64,000 bases of DNA from Vicugna vicugna (lineage: Eukaryota). Both the position numbers and the translations under genes were made by a program. The stretch covers positions 12,608,184 to 12,672,183 of the forward strand of contig MU058844.1 in NCBI GenBank assembly GCA_013265495.1. The letters run 5' to 3'. This document shows, one piece after another, positions 12,473-25,690 of the stretch. Position 1 is the first letter of the stretch. The number at the start of each line of letters is the position of its first letter. The notes below the pieces were generated by a model that saw nothing but the letters and a program-made list of their open reading frames with translations, did no database searches and was not told where the DNA came from.

Positions 12473-12630
12473 CTGGTACATCTGACACATGAGCAACACA
12501 GCCACCCACATGAAATGAAAAACACTGTTCAGAAACATCCAGAACATCCAAGGTGAACACGTGGCAATTTGAGTAATGTATGTCCAAAATCCATCCTTGG
12601 TGTAACTGGTCTCGCAGTGGAGTCCCCAGT
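12473..12630 (-). CDS. ZDHHC17: ZDHHC17 exon 15 (TM segment)
   Basis: (Y)WGLHCETSYTKDGFWTYITQIATCSPWMFWMFLNSVFHFMWVAVLLMCQMYQ; ttttag acceptor, gtatgt donor; 158 nt. Confidence 0.97.
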
Positions 12631-13808
12631 CTAAAATCAGAGCAGAAGTACTCACATTTACTCAGTAATCATCCAAGCACCTCGTGTAGACATCTGTGGT
12701 AGGCACCACTTAAAAAACATGACCTAAGAATTTAAACTGATGACTTTCAGTGCAAATCTTTTTATATTCTTAAATAATGACATTATATATTCCTGAAAAA
12801 TAATATCAAAAACAGAAATGGAAAAAGCAGCAATCTTAAAAAAAAAGTACTTTAACAATATACAGTTTTTATTTGATTCATACTGCATATATACAATACT
12901 TAAAAAAAATTCCTTTATACAAAGAGGATGAGAGATGTAAGTGAGAATTCCTTGGAGGGGAGGCATATAACACAACAAGATCACCCTGGTGAGGGGGGCT
13001 TTTTCCAAAACAAAATCTATTCTTTGAGAGCTGCTGCTATGAAGAACCACTGTTATTAGCAGGATCATACTCTCTTCCAAGTTTACTGGGCCAGAAATTA
13101 GGTCACGATCTCTGACCGAATCTTTCTCTCTGTTAATCTCTATTTGAGGAAGAAGCCTCCCTTTTCAATAAGAGAGATTATTTATAGTATCTGTGGGAGT
13201 AGGAGGACTAGAAAATCATCGAAGACTTACACTAAGTACCACCAAGCCCTGAAGGACAGTAACTAGTATCTTCATTTAAATTCTTTCCAAATTATGTTCT
13301 CAATGCAATAAAAACCTATCATTTTCTCTAAGATACATCACCCACATGATCAAGTGAATGACAACTTATTCTTAACCTTTTAAATATTCTCTAATAGGAA
13401 ATAATTATATCTTACTCTTAAAAATATTTCAAGTTCTATGCAAACTTAACTTCAACTATATTTTCCCAGCTGTCTGGTGAGAAAGAGCAACTAACACAAT
13501 CATAAAATCTATAAACTTCCAGAGTAAAGCAAACATGTGATGTGAAAAACGTTGGTGTATTTTACCCAGAAGCTTTTCAAAGCCTATTAAAAGATAAGTA
13601 ACTGATAATTCTGTTGCTTATACTATAGGTTAACCATGTTTGATAGTTCTGTATCTATTTTTTCTTTATGCTTCATTGTAGTGAAGTATCCCAAACCATA
13701 ATATTTAGCTAAAAGATGCTTAAAATTATCTTATTTTTTTGTTAATATCGTAAAGGATGAGTATGATAACACTTGTTTTAAGAAGAGAAAAAAACTAATT
13801 GTACTCAC

Positions 13809-13892
13809 AAGAAATACAACCATAAATCATCCAGCAGATCATAAAAAGCAAGAAGAACAAGTACCCCATAAAGTATCTGTGGTTGCCTGCAC
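13809..13892 (-). CDS. ZDHHC17: ZDHHC17 exon 14
   Basis: (G)AGNHRYFMGYLFFLLFMICWMIYGCIS; tttag acceptor, gtgagt donor; 84 nt. Confidence 0.97.
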
Positions 13893-14763
13893 CTAAAAAA
13901 ACAACACAGAAGCAATTTTTTTCAGCTAAGAAAAAATAATTGGAAATGCACCTAGGGGCAGGATGTGGGTAGGAAAATGCCAAGAGCGAGATACACCTTG
14001 GACAATAATCATGTACGTTATTTATTTTAGAAAATGTTCTTCAAGGAAATAAATGTTTTAATAAAAACCTTAAAACAAAAGAATGCTTATAATTACACAC
14101 AAAGATGTGGTGACTGTAATGATACTCATTCTGAAGTTTCAAAAGAGTCTTAATGAACCAAATAAACCACAATTTTAATTCTGCTGTTTGCTTCTGAGGT
14201 TTAAAATAACCCTATTTTAACTTTACTTTTATAAACTTTATAATCCAACTTTTTAAAGGCTTTTTCCCCAATAGAGTCACACAATCTTTGTAACGTTTCC
14301 CTCCTGTCATCTTCTAAAATCCCCAAGGCCATCTCTCAGACCGCTGAGTTTATCTCCTTGGACTACACCACCCTTGAACACTGAGGTATGCAGTTATCTG
14401 TCCTCCTCTGCCTCTGTACATCCATTCAAATTTAATTGCCTTACTTTCTCCAGTTTAACTAAAGGACAAAACTACCTGCCTCCTTATCAATTTCACTGTT
14501 ATTCAATGGAGAAAGCAGTTAAGAGCAGACACAGGGAGAACTGATGGAGAAATTGTATCTATCTTCTCTGGACTGTGTATTACTTTTTTCCCTCTCTCTC
14601 ACATCTGAGTAGATGTTTTGCCAACCAGAAAATAATTGGGGGAAAGAAGGGTGTTGTAAGGTGCAAGAATGGACTTTCTACATCTAATTTAATATTGTAT
14701 TTCATTAGTTACCTAGAGTAACTTACATGAACAATGTATTTTGAAATAACTAATAAAACTTAC

Positions 14764-14857
14764 CTACACAGTTCCCCACCCATGGGCAATGATGGTCGAA
14801 TTTCGCTATACAACGGTTGCACACACCACAATGCTTGGACCTCACTGGTTTCCGTAT
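14764..14857 (-). CDS. ZDHHC17: ZDHHC17 exon 13 (catalytic DHHC motif)
   Basis: [31 protein letters not shown]; aacag acceptor, gtaagt donor; 94 nt. Confidence 0.98.
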
Positions 14858-17178
14858 CTGTTAATAGGCATGTTAAAAAATTATGAAAGGCACTATATCT
14901 AAGAAAGGAAAGCTGAACATTTATCTCTAAAAATACAATTATGAAAAAAATAAAACTGTATTTTTTGGAAAAGGATTATACCAAGGTTTCCGAAGGAACA
15001 AAACCAAACAAAAATCACTCTTGTTTATCTTTCAGTGTCTCTTGAGATCTCAGACTAAGGTACAGCACTCTCCCTGCTAAAAGGCAGGACCTTATCTAAG
15101 AAACTGTAACATGCCTGGGAAGTTTAGACAGTCCTATTCATACTATTTGTTGCCAAAAATATAAAATGCATTCGCCTCTTGATAGGCAATAAAGAATTCA
15201 TGTTTATGATGCCTTACTATTTTAAATGTTGTGAAATGTTTTTCTCTACATTATTCTAAATCAGCCAACTGAATACAAGAAGTCATCAGTGATCTTCAAA
15301 GAGCTGCTAGTCCCAATGCTGGATACACGACAAGAGCTAGTTATTAACCCTTACCAGAAACAAAATTTATAACATCCTTCATTGGTGTTTCAATAAAAGC
15401 ACTCACATTTCCCCAACATCTTGCATAAGGTTATATACTATTTTGAGGTACTAAAAAAAGGCATGGATGGACTATGTGCTTCTTACACGTACTAAAGTAA
15501 TCTGTGCACCAAAGAAAAGGATGTTATTCTTCACCACAGATATGATACTAAATCTATTAGGAGAAAGAAATAGACTACAGCAAACAAATTCTACCCCTAC
15601 CTCCCACTCTTACCTATATTTCCCCTTTGGACAACACTTGTCAATGAATTCTAAGCAAAAACGGACACAAGGCTCCTGAACAAAAGAGTCTCCTTAGTTC
15701 ACTTAAAGAGTGATTCATTTTTAGGAAATCCTGATATACATGTGCTTCTTAGGGACTTGTGTGTTTTTCAAAGTGAAGGATACCCGTATAATGACAAATA
15801 CCTCTGTCAATATGAATCATTTTATAATAAATAAGATACATTTTTTGCCTTATAAAACTAAATTATCTATCCAGAAGTACACAGCTTACAATAATATAAA
15901 ATTTTTGCTATGATGACAAAGATAGTCTTGTTCTTACCATAAGATATTTATTTACTAATGAAACTGTATTGAGCAACTCTACAATTCGTTTGCCATATGG
16001 CAAATACACTTGACTTTGCAGAACAGAATATTTTCACAGAATAGTTAAGTATAAAATGTCCCAAATGTTAAGAATACTAATTCTGTAAATTCCCCATTGT
16101 AAAGCACAGAAACAAAAACCTTTTTAAAGCACGCTTAAAATACAAAAGAATCTAGTCAGTACTCTAAAGTTGCTATCAAGAGTAAATAAAGCAGTACGTA
16201 TTTTGAACATTCAAAATCGTAACTGTTCAGTCAAAAAAATGTTAAGTGAAACAACTTAAAAGAATCTGTGGAATTAGAGCTCAGTTTCAAAAACTCATTC
16301 CAGAATCCTAAACTAAGTCAATTATTTAATTTATTTTATTATCATTCAAATGTTAAGACATCAGTTCAGTTGCAGTGTATAACTTAAAGGTATAAAAGAG
16401 CATTTAGTTTCAAGCATGATTTGGGGATATTTCCACTTCCATGCAGGAAAACATGGTTTAAGCATTGTGGCAGTCCATACATTTTTCACAGGAACTAATT
16501 ATAAAAATTAAGCAGAAAATCATTAAAACACAAAGCAATATTCTATAGAAAGTAGATGTCTATAATAATAAACAATGTATTACTATACCTGATTTCATAA
16601 GTAAATGCCATTTAATTTCATATATAGCTTTATCTATGACCTGGTTGAAGATGACAGCTTTTACCATCAGTGGTAAAACAGTGCTCAAAGCTGCATAAAC
16701 ACTCTACTGCAGACAGATAACTGCTCTAGTTGAACCAGTTTAGAGGCCATGTTGTCTTAATAGTTATCTAATGGATTTCCCACTGTGACCTTTAAATGTA
16801 AGAATAAATTTTCTTAAAATGTAATTAGGATAACAGTATATTAGGGAATCATAGTAAACTTTTGATGTTAAATACTTTATTAGTTTCTTGCTTGAATTAT
16901 ATTTTAAGTGAGAAAAAGAGAGTAAGAACGAATACAAATGAACAGCACCACTGAATCACAAGTGCAGTTAAGGGCCACCATCAGGGGAATGAGCACTGGG
17001 AAGGACACGTCTTTTCACCATCTTGCTCTTGTATCATGGTCTAAAAGGCATTTGGGGGGCGGGGTGGGAGGCTCCTGAAATGTGCTCAGTGAAAGAAACT
17101 TCTGGTTTCCCAAACTCTCTATACAATACCACTGCTAGGGGAAGAAGAGAGAGGGAAGAATAAAGAAAAAAATACTAC

Positions 17179-17241
17179 CAAACAGGTACTGCAGAATATA
17201 CTGAGGTCCAGACTTCCTGTCTCTGCAAGTTCAACTATTGT
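17179..17241 (-). CDS. ZDHHC17: ZDHHC17 exon 12
   Basis: TIVELAETGSLDLSIFCSTCL; cacag acceptor, gtagta donor; 63 nt. Confidence 0.96.
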
Positions 17242-17884
17242 CTGTGAATTAAAAAAATAAATTTTACTCAAAACTGAACAATATTCACCAACCACTGTGA
17301 CACCAATATAAGTATCAATAAACATGATGTTCATTTTAATTAACCGTTTTCAGCTGAAAATAATAAATATCTCTCCACTTACTTCTGCTATTTCATTACA
17401 GTATGAATACAGGAGTTTTATTCCTTGGATATACGAAAAAGCAACCTAACTTAGTTATGGGAATGCTCCTCTGAGAATAAATCTAAGTCAACTTCCCTAA
17501 GAACTAGTCTATACAGCTTTGACGGTTACGAGACGAATATAAACCTAAGTGCAATAAAGCACTGGACCTTCAAAGCTGGATTATCACTAAGAAAACCAGG
17601 CAAGCCAATTAGCAGTTGTGTCTAAAGAATTCTGGAACATAAGGGCAGCACTCCTTATGTAGCCTAGAGAGAGAAACATGAAATTCAGAAATGTCATGGA
17701 AGTGTAAGAGTAGGCATCACAAAGCACCAAAGGTGAGCACCAAATACACACAATCTCAGTTTGGTTTGAAATGTCCTTGTATTCCAAAACACAGTTTCCT
17801 TCTTTGTACTCCTCTAATATCTGCTATAAATACTGATAATCTGGCAATAAAACACACGTGACTAGTTAGATTGTATCTTGCTAC

Positions 17885-18009
17885 CTTTTTCTTCTGTTCT
17901 TCTGTAGCTTTAATAATCCCTGGATCTGATTTCCAAGATTTTCCAAAATTGTAGAAAAGTGCAACACTATTGGCAAGGAATGGAAGATGGATAAATAAAA
18001 AATTGAGAT
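17885..18009 (-). CDS. ZDHHC17: ZDHHC17 exon 11 (follows the U12 intron)
   Basis: (D)LNFLFIHLPFLANSVALFYNFGKSWKSDPGIIKATEEQKKK; in frame with exon 10 using the AC acceptor; gtagca donor; 125 nt. Confidence 0.95.
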
Positions 18010-18018
18010 GTGCCTAAA

Positions 18019-18027
18019 GTTAAGGAA
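18019..18027 (-). promoter_or_regulatory. U12 branch point sequence TTCCTTAAC
   Basis: Exact consensus ending 9 nt before the exon, with no polypyrimidine tract. Confidence 0.93.
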
Positions 18028-19153
18028 TCTAAAGAGGCAATGAAAACTAGTTTTTATTATAGGTAAATTTATAATCTGTGAAATTTCATCACACACACAC
18101 AAATCTACAAAAAAAAAAAAAACCCAAGATGGTTTATTTATTACATCAAAATAGATGACATCTATAAGTTAGTCTATCTATTACATCAAAATAAATACAT
18201 TTTCCCACTGTGCTCATAAGTAAATGTAAAAGATGTGATTTCTTTATAAACTTTAAATCGTATAGGGTAGGCTTATCTGACACTTTTTATAAGTCAGTGA
18301 ATATATTATTTTTAAATGATAATTATTTCTTTTGACAAAAATGAAGAGATTTCTCATGTTCAACGTTATTAATATATTAATTTATTTATATGCATTAAAA
18401 TCTTTATATTTTCTATCAAACACTTAGATATTATACCCATATACTTAAAAGACTGCTTTTACATTCTCTTCATTGCCTTTTTTAAACACATTCAAGTTGA
18501 CCTTAATTTTAGAAAAGGTATTTATAAACTTTCTTAAAACAGAAATAGTTTCTATGTTCACATTCTTCTTCCTAATGAAGATATAAAAAATGTTACTAGG
18601 CACTTATAAGTGAAGAATCAAAGACTATTTTCAATAATACTAGGAAAAATAAAGTAATGTTGCTAGAGCAACACATTTCTCAAACACAAAACATACAGAA
18701 AACTCAAATACCATTTTCAAGATTTTACGTAGGTACAAAAGCTGTCCACAAAATTTCCTGTGATAATGGCGCCCTCCCTGTAAAATTCTGTAAAATTTTT
18801 GGGCATTATCATGTATACATACTCTTTACATTTCTTATGAAGCACAAATAAGAAAGAATAGCTTCTTGAATGAAACAATCCTATATTTGGTAAATACCAA
18901 AACCTAAATAACTGTTTAAAATACAGGAGGGGGAAAAAAGGGAGAAGAAAAAGGGTAGGTATTATCACCTGCCATACACAGAAGTGTTTCTTCTTTCTCC
19001 AGTCCCCTATTTACTCCCAACTTTCACCATCATAAAGAATGGGGGAATAAGTCCCCCAAATCTATGAGTACAGTCAGCAGAGAATAAACAGAAAAAGTCC
19101 AATTTTTGGCTCTTCTAATAGCTAAAAATCTCTTAAGAATAAAGATGGGTAAA

Positions 19154-19337
19154 GGACCTATTGATAGCACAATGGACTATACTCAATAACCTGTAATAAC
19201 CTGTAATAGAAAAAAATCTGAAAAAGAATATATATATATATACATATATGTACACAAAAAACTGAATCACTCTGCTGTACACCTGAAACCAACACAACAT
19301 TGTAAATCAACTATACTTTGATTTTTAAACAAAGAAG
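19154..19337 (+). mobile_element. Severely 5'-truncated artiodactyl-type L1 3' end with TSD
   Basis: aactgaatcactctgctgtacacctgaaaccaacacaacattgtaaatcaactatact; flanked by aaagatgggtaaa (19141-19153) and aaagctgggtaaa (19338-19350). Confidence 0.85.
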
Positions 19338-19884
19338 AAAGCTGGGTAAATGTATGTCCAAAGAATGCTGAACCGTGCCATTTATTTTTCAGGGGCAGTA
19401 TCGTTACTTACTATAACAGTTTCAAAAAGTGCTAACATTTAAGTAGATGTGTCAGGTTCTGACAGTCTGTATTATAAATTTGCAGGGAGTGAATCAGCAG
19501 CTAAATGACTACAGATTTGGAAGGGATAGGAATTAAATATCAGATGAACATAAAGAATTTCTTTGCTTGTTTTTTAAAGATAAAGAGATTAGTTTTTTTC
19601 AAATGGCAGTTTAAACTTATCTTTATCAATAGGTCAGATAAGTTAAATTTCAAACATTTAACAGAAACGTATTTTTGGTATGGTTGTTTTTTGTAATGGT
19701 TTAAAACAACCTTTTTTCTTGATGAAAATTAGAAGACACTAAAAAGTATAAAGACAAAAAGAGTAACTCCACAACCTACAGATAATTCCTTTTATTTTTG
19801 GTATTCTGTATTTTTAATCATAATTGAGATCATAGTGTACTTATAAACATTAACAAAATACCTTTATTTACCACCGACTATGTG

Positions 19885-20050
19885 CACTGAAGCCGCACAA
19901 AAACTCTATGATAAAGCCTGCTGATGTCCCCATAACAAAACTGAGGCAGAGGGTAATCAGGCAGTCCAAGGTCACAGGATGGATTAGAGGTCAAGCTGGT
20001 ATTAGAACCTAGACACTTACTACTTGTGCTCTTCTGCCTCTTCCAAGTGC
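19885..20050 (-). mobile_element. MIR fragment
   Basis: aactgaggcagaggg...tccaaggtcacag...gctggtattagaacctag. Confidence 0.65.
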
Positions 20051-20697
20051 TCAGCAGAATATCCTGGGTCATTACATATTATGGGAAGAGTATCTTTTGA
20101 GTATTAACATTTTAAAATCGTGATATTTTTATACTGTCAGATTATTTCCAGAAAGATATACGCCAATTTATAATCCCACTAGCAGCACATACTCATTGAT
20201 CACTATACTTGTATTAGCATTGAGTAACGGAAAAAAGTTGCCAGTTTTAGAGGCAAGAGCAGCATTATTTTATTGTCTTAATTTGTATTTATGCATTTAT
20301 GCTTAAACATCCTCAAAATGGAAATAAATATTTTTCATCAATGTTTTCATTTAAATGTTCATGGAGTTTTTTCCCATTTAACTCTTCAATCTACTTGGAT
20401 GTTATTTTGATACCTCCTGTAAACTGTAGCTCTAACTTACCATAACACCCCCCAAAATGAACCAAAACCAGTAAATCAAACAAACCAATTGCACCACAAA
20501 ATACCAGGGACAACTTCAGAAAGAGGACAAGCCACACTGTACCATAAAGTTCAAACTGGAGGTCAAGGAAAGAAGATTCTGGTGAGACAGGCTCCCTGGG
20601 GTGGTTCTTAATCCCACCTCCACCCTTATGAGTGGTGAAAAGGAAATATAGATGAGAAGACAAAGTCAGAATTCTCATTCATCCCTCTCCGGCCTTC

Positions 20698-21054
20698 TGC
20701 CATGGACTGAATCATGCACCACCCCCTCTCAAATTCGTATGTTGAAGTCTTAACTTCTAATGTGATTATATCTGGGGACAGGTCTTTAGGAGATAAGTGA
20801 GGTTAAATGAGGTCAAAAGAGTGGGGCCCTAACCCAACACTGTGGACTGTGGAGGAGGAAAGGAAAGAGGAGGAAAGGAAAGAGGTCTCTCTCACTTTCT
20901 CCCTGCCACGGGAGGACACAGGGAGAAGGTGGCTGTCTGTAAGCTAGGAAGAGAGCCCCACCTGAACATAACCATGCTGGCATCCTGATCCAGAACCGTG
21001 AGGAAATTAATTTCTGTTGTTTAAGCCACCCACTTGAGAGTAATCTGTAACAGC
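20698..21054 (+). mobile_element. MaLR solo LTR (MLT1A/B-like)
   Basis: tgccatggactgaat, aaattcgtatgttgaag, gaggttaaatgaggtca, gaggacacagggagaagg, tttctgttgtttaagccacc. Confidence 0.85.
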
Positions 21055-21059
21055 AAAGA

Positions 21060-21560
21060 TTTATATATCAGAAAGAAGTCACATTTCTCTAAATTATTCT
21101 GAGCTTAAATAGAATTTCAATCAAAACTGCAAGAGGCATCCCATGGAGCTTAAGGAACTGATTCTAAAACATGTAATTATTCTAAACACTTACAGTATAA
21201 AGGGCCAAAAAGAGCTAAGATATTCCTGAGACACAACAAAGTTGGGAAGCTTGGCCCACCAGACATCACGAGTCAATAACAAAGCTACAGTAATAAGATA
21301 ATACAGAACTGGCACAGGCAAGTAGATCAACCAACTGAATAAAGGAAATGATAAACGCCAAGGCTGATATTGCAACTGAAAGGAAAGAGGTGTGTTGGAG
21401 CAATGAGTTCTCTAATGAGCAGAAAGATACATCATTCATTATACACAGTAGCAAATACACATGAAGTAAGAACTTTTATAAGAGAATATCTTTAACGACT
21501 TCAGAGAAACCTGCACATGTGCATAAAAAAAGATATACAAGAATATTTGTAGAAATATTG
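21060..21560 (+). mobile_element. Very old L1 ORF2 fragment
   Basis: Degenerate motifs ctgattctaaaa, aaagctacagtaataagata, ggcacagg, tagatcaa. Confidence 0.55.
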
Positions 21561-22469
21561 CTGAAATTCACAGAAGGTGATGATTGGATTCCTAAAGACA
21601 GGTATTAAAAAGCTTAGAAAACATGAGAAGGAAACCAGGAGAGATACATATAAAACTGAAGAAGTCCTAATAGTAAACTATAGGAAAAAAATGCTTAAAA
21701 GGAAAATGCATAGGAGAGAATGGTGAAAATGGTAATTTTGCACTGTTTTCCTTTTTACGTATGTAATCACCTCCAGTTCCAGAAGTTCTTCACATCCATC
21801 TTAAGAAGCTTGATTTAACTTATATAAACTTAAAGTCTGATTGAAAAATAATTTTTTTAGACAAAAAATTCGTAATAATCTATTTCAAAAGTGATGTCAA
21901 CACAGTAACAGTTGACTGTTATGACAGTGGATTTTACATTTGTTTGATTATTATGAAAGAAGTATGGTCAACGAACAAAATTTTCAAACAAATAAAAGCA
22001 CAAGAAAAAAAGTAAAATCATTCATGAATCTCACAGCCAGAGATAACCAGAGCTAAAATTGCACGTACTCATTTTCAGTTCTTATCTTTCACACATTTTA
22101 AAATTAGAATCTCTCTGTAAATACAACTTAGTATTTTTTCATGTATTATATCCTAAGCCCACATTGTTAAGTCTTAGAAAAGTGTTTTAATGTCCATATT
22201 ACCCTGCGTCAGGTGTTGCATAACTGATAAAACTATCCTCCTATTTAGGATGGTCATTTAGGTTGTTTTTCCATTTTTTTTCTTTACAGTACTATGGTAA
22301 ACATCCTTGTAAATAAATCTTTGATCTTATTTATTATTATTTACTTATGAATAATTAAGAGATCAAAGGGTATTTTAAAAGCTGTTTCAACAGGTTGCCG
22401 AATTGCTTTCCAAGAAGATTTAGGAACTTAAAAATTATGTTCATAGTTTAGGACATTTGAAGATAAACT

Positions 22470-22700
22470 GTATCACTTCAAAGAGCTGGGTTCTATACCA
22501 GAGTCTTGATAATTATGACCTATGTAACTGTGAGCAAGACACACTACTTCTCTGAACCTCAATTTTTCCATCAGTTAGAAATAGCATTACAATTTATGTG
22601 GTTTACTTTTTTAATTTCAAAGAACTGTTCTGAGAACCAAATTAAATATATCTGAAAGAACTATAAACCAAAAAAGCACTGAACAAATGCAACATGTATA
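22470..22700 (+). mobile_element. MIR fragment
   Basis: ctgggttcta, tgtgagcaag, cttctctgaacctcaatttttccatc. Confidence 0.6.
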
Positions 22701-22836
22701 TGGGGTAATACTTACTTAATGAATAGTAGAAAAGAATAAAAACTTATTTATTATAACAGTTTATATCAATATAAAACTCATTATCACCACAAAACACTTA
22801 AGTTGGGTAACATGAGAAACTAAAATAATATTTATA

Positions 22837-23378
22837 CAGTTGATCCTCATACTTACTAGCTAAAATTTATTTGTAACCTCTAAATAAATATTCACAGCAC
22901 TTACGCAGTCATTTGTGAATATGTGCAAAGCAACAAGAAACACAAGTTGCCCAATGCACACATTTCCAAGGCAATACTCTGACTTCTTATTTCCTATTTG
23001 TATGAACTTGCTGTTTAAAAATGGTCTCCAAGCATAGCACTGAAGTGTCATCTGACGTTCCTAACAGCAAGAAGGCTGTGCTGTGCCTCACAGAGCAAAT
23101 GTATGTGTTAGATATGCTTTGTTCTGGCATGGGTTACAGTGCTGTTGGCCGTGAGTTCAATGTTAATGAACCAACGATAAATATTAAATTTGGTGTTTAA
23201 ACAGAAACATATGTAAAACAAGGTTATGTACTGAATGGTTGACAAAAATGGTGTGACCAGAGCCTTGCAGGAATCTAATCTTCTTTTTCTCCTAAGAGTA
23301 ATGGGTTCAATATTTAATAATTCATCATTTACAGTAACTTTATAGAATACAACTATTGCAAATAATAAAAATGGACTG
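22837..23378. mobile_element. TcMar-Tigger DNA transposon (MER82-like)
   Basis: ta|cagttgatcctcat ... aaaatggactg|ta: terminal inverted repeats with TA target duplication. Confidence 0.8.
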
Positions 23379-23929
23379 TAACTGTATTTTTCAAAATTAG
23401 TCTAATCAGCTTCAATTACATATGTACTCCTGAGTTGCATGAGGGAAGTGGCAGAAGCAACAGCAAAGAGGCTGAGGTCAGCAAGAGAGACAGTCCACAT
23501 ATTAATTAACATTCTGTTCAGAACAGTAACAAGTCACTGAATACTGCATACCATTTAAAATATCTTACATATTTTTATAGTAATATTTTAAAAAATGATT
23601 GGTTAACATTTATGAAACATACCTTTATTATACTAAAACAGACATACGAATTAAACTTTTGCTATTAAAAATATCAAATGTTGACACTGGCCTTATTTCT
23701 GTGATACACACATATGCACACACACACTGACATTCAAATTACATTACTTTTGAAAAGTATACTACATTGAAATAATTTGCTGAAGTTAGCAAATATTTGA
23801 AGATACAGCATTACATGCTTTACATGAAGCAAAAAAGAAAATTAACTGTTACCAATCACAGCAAAACAGCAAGCTGTGAAATTAAGAAAACACTTAGAGA
23901 AAATAGTTTTACGTTGAAAATCACAGTTT

Positions 23930-24160
23930 AGTAAAAAGGTTTAGAACTTGTCTTATAGAATCAAAGACACGTTTCTACCCCAGCTTATTAAAGACTAGCT
24001 GTGTGGCCTTGGGCAAGGACACTAGCTAACCTATTTAAGCCTAAATTTTCTCATCTATAAAATAGAGACAACAGTACTAACATATAGCATGTGTACTCAA
24101 TTAGCACAAAGTATTTAACAAAATGCCCCTAAAAACTCAATAAATGGTATCTATTATTGA
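23930..24160 (+). mobile_element. MIR
   Basis: actagctgtgtggccttgggcaag...ttttctcatctataaaatagag...actcaataaatggta. Confidence 0.7.
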
Positions 24161-24368
24161 TGCTGTTATTAAAAGCAGCTTTCAAAAGCAATTCATTAAA
24201 TATGAAACATTTAAAACCAGTATTTACATTAGCTCACATTTAGTATTTTTCTAGTACTGTTTTACTGTAGCAAGCATATTGTGAGTAGCTCAGTCCTAAT
24301 GTTAAATTATTGTTAAACATTTGTCTAAATAACAAACAGAAACTACTTTAGATAAGAGCTTTATAACC

Positions 24369-24377
24369 AAAGGATAT
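24369..24377 (-). promoter_or_regulatory. U12 5' splice site ATATCCTTT
   Basis: Exact U11/U6atac-type donor right after exon 10 (TGG AAT G|). Confidence 0.95.
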
Positions 24378-24478
24378 CATTCCAAAACCAGAAGAACCAT
24401 GTCACATACATCCAGAATTTGGTTGCCAAATATATTCCAAGGGGCAATGCACTATGCATTGAATGATCAAAAAAGGAT
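24378..24478 (-). CDS. ZDHHC17: ZDHHC17 exon 10
   Basis: (K)SFFDHSMHSALPLGIYLATKFWMYVTWFFWFWN(D); ttacag acceptor, AT donor; 101 nt. Confidence 0.96.
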
Positions 24479-25645
24479 CTGTAAAACATAAGTTTTATAA
24501 AATTTGAACTCTATTTCATTGTAAAAAATGAATATTTATTTATTTAAATGGAAATTATATACATTCTTCATAGTAAGCTCTTAATCAAAATCCAGAAGTT
24601 CAGGTTGCTTAAATACTAAGGCTGTTTTCATAGTAATCAATAAGAAATGAATTCACAGCTGAATGGCTCAGCAAGAATCTGAAGCTCCTTTAATTCATCA
24701 AGAATTGAAATTAAATTCTATGTACTTTTCAACTTCAGAATTTCAATGTACTCCTATTCTCTAAGTCAATAACTCACTTTAGTGTATATAATAACTCTAC
24801 CACCCAGCATATTACTACTAAAGACATGTTATAATATTAACTAATGAGCCCACAGCAATCCTCAAGTTTTTCTCTAAGTTTCATCATTATTTCTCCTTAC
24901 CTACATACTCCCATTAAGTTTTCAGCACATCTTTTCAAAGAGAATGAACTGGCTAATTGAGAGGAATTAAAGGTAATTATTTACAGTGCTTAGAATTCAG
25001 GAAAAATAAATGCTAGTAAATTTTATTAAGCATAAACAGGATCAACCATCCATGTAGGCTAAGTAGGAAGCGTTGGTGAATTTCTATTTATAATAGCCTT
25101 TGAGGCACACTTAGAACACTAAAATGAGATTAAGTACCTAGAATTAAGCCTCTTTCTGAGAATTGACGTATTAGTGTATTATTAGTCATTCTCATCTCTG
25201 TGTGAGTTATTTTCAGAAGTCTTTTTTGAAATTCTGGTGAAAACAAGGTACTAAAGAAATGGGGATGTGCTGGATGAACAGCTAAGGATAGGAAGAAAAG
25301 GAAATGATCACAATGTTTAAAGAAAAAAGAGGGAGGAGAAAATGTTTTGAAAACGGAGCCTACTTTGTATGCTTAGACTCCTTGTGCTAAAATCAAACCT
25401 CTTTCTTGCATACTGCCTATGACCAAAGACAATGTAATTCCTATAGAAAGGTAAGCTCAAGCATTATCGTCACCTAGAAATAAGCAATGCATACACTACA
25501 TTTACAGTTCAACAAACTCAAGTCCACTTCCACAGAAATGTTTTAAAACTGTATTTTAGACTTAAAAAGTATTTGTTAGATTTTGTCACTAAAAGCACCT
25601 TTAGAGTCATTTTTAACAAAAATGATTTCAGACATAAATCTGCTG

Positions 25646-25690
25646 AAATTCTTTAACATTAAATTCTTTAACATTTAATTCTTTAACATT
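25646..25690. repeat. 15-bp tandem repeat x3 (aaattctttaacatt)
   Basis: Two exact copies plus one with a single mismatch. Confidence 0.9.

Larger units (their letters stand above)
18010..24377 (-). other. ZDHHC17: U12-type (minor spliceosome) AT-AC intron 10 of ZDHHC17
   Basis: 5' site |ATATCCTTT, branch site TTCCTTAAC, 3' end AC|. Confidence 0.95.

Noticed and set aside
16641..16789. Candidate poison exon and hairpin ttttacca-tcag-tggtaaaa resembling an IRE
   Set aside because: Splice sites are poor; CAGTG is on the non-transcribed strand and lacks IRE stem/bulge geometry; an 8-bp AT-rich stem is expected by chance.
25646..25690. CRISPR-like repeats
   Set aside because: Head-to-tail tandem repeats with no spacers in a eukaryotic intron.
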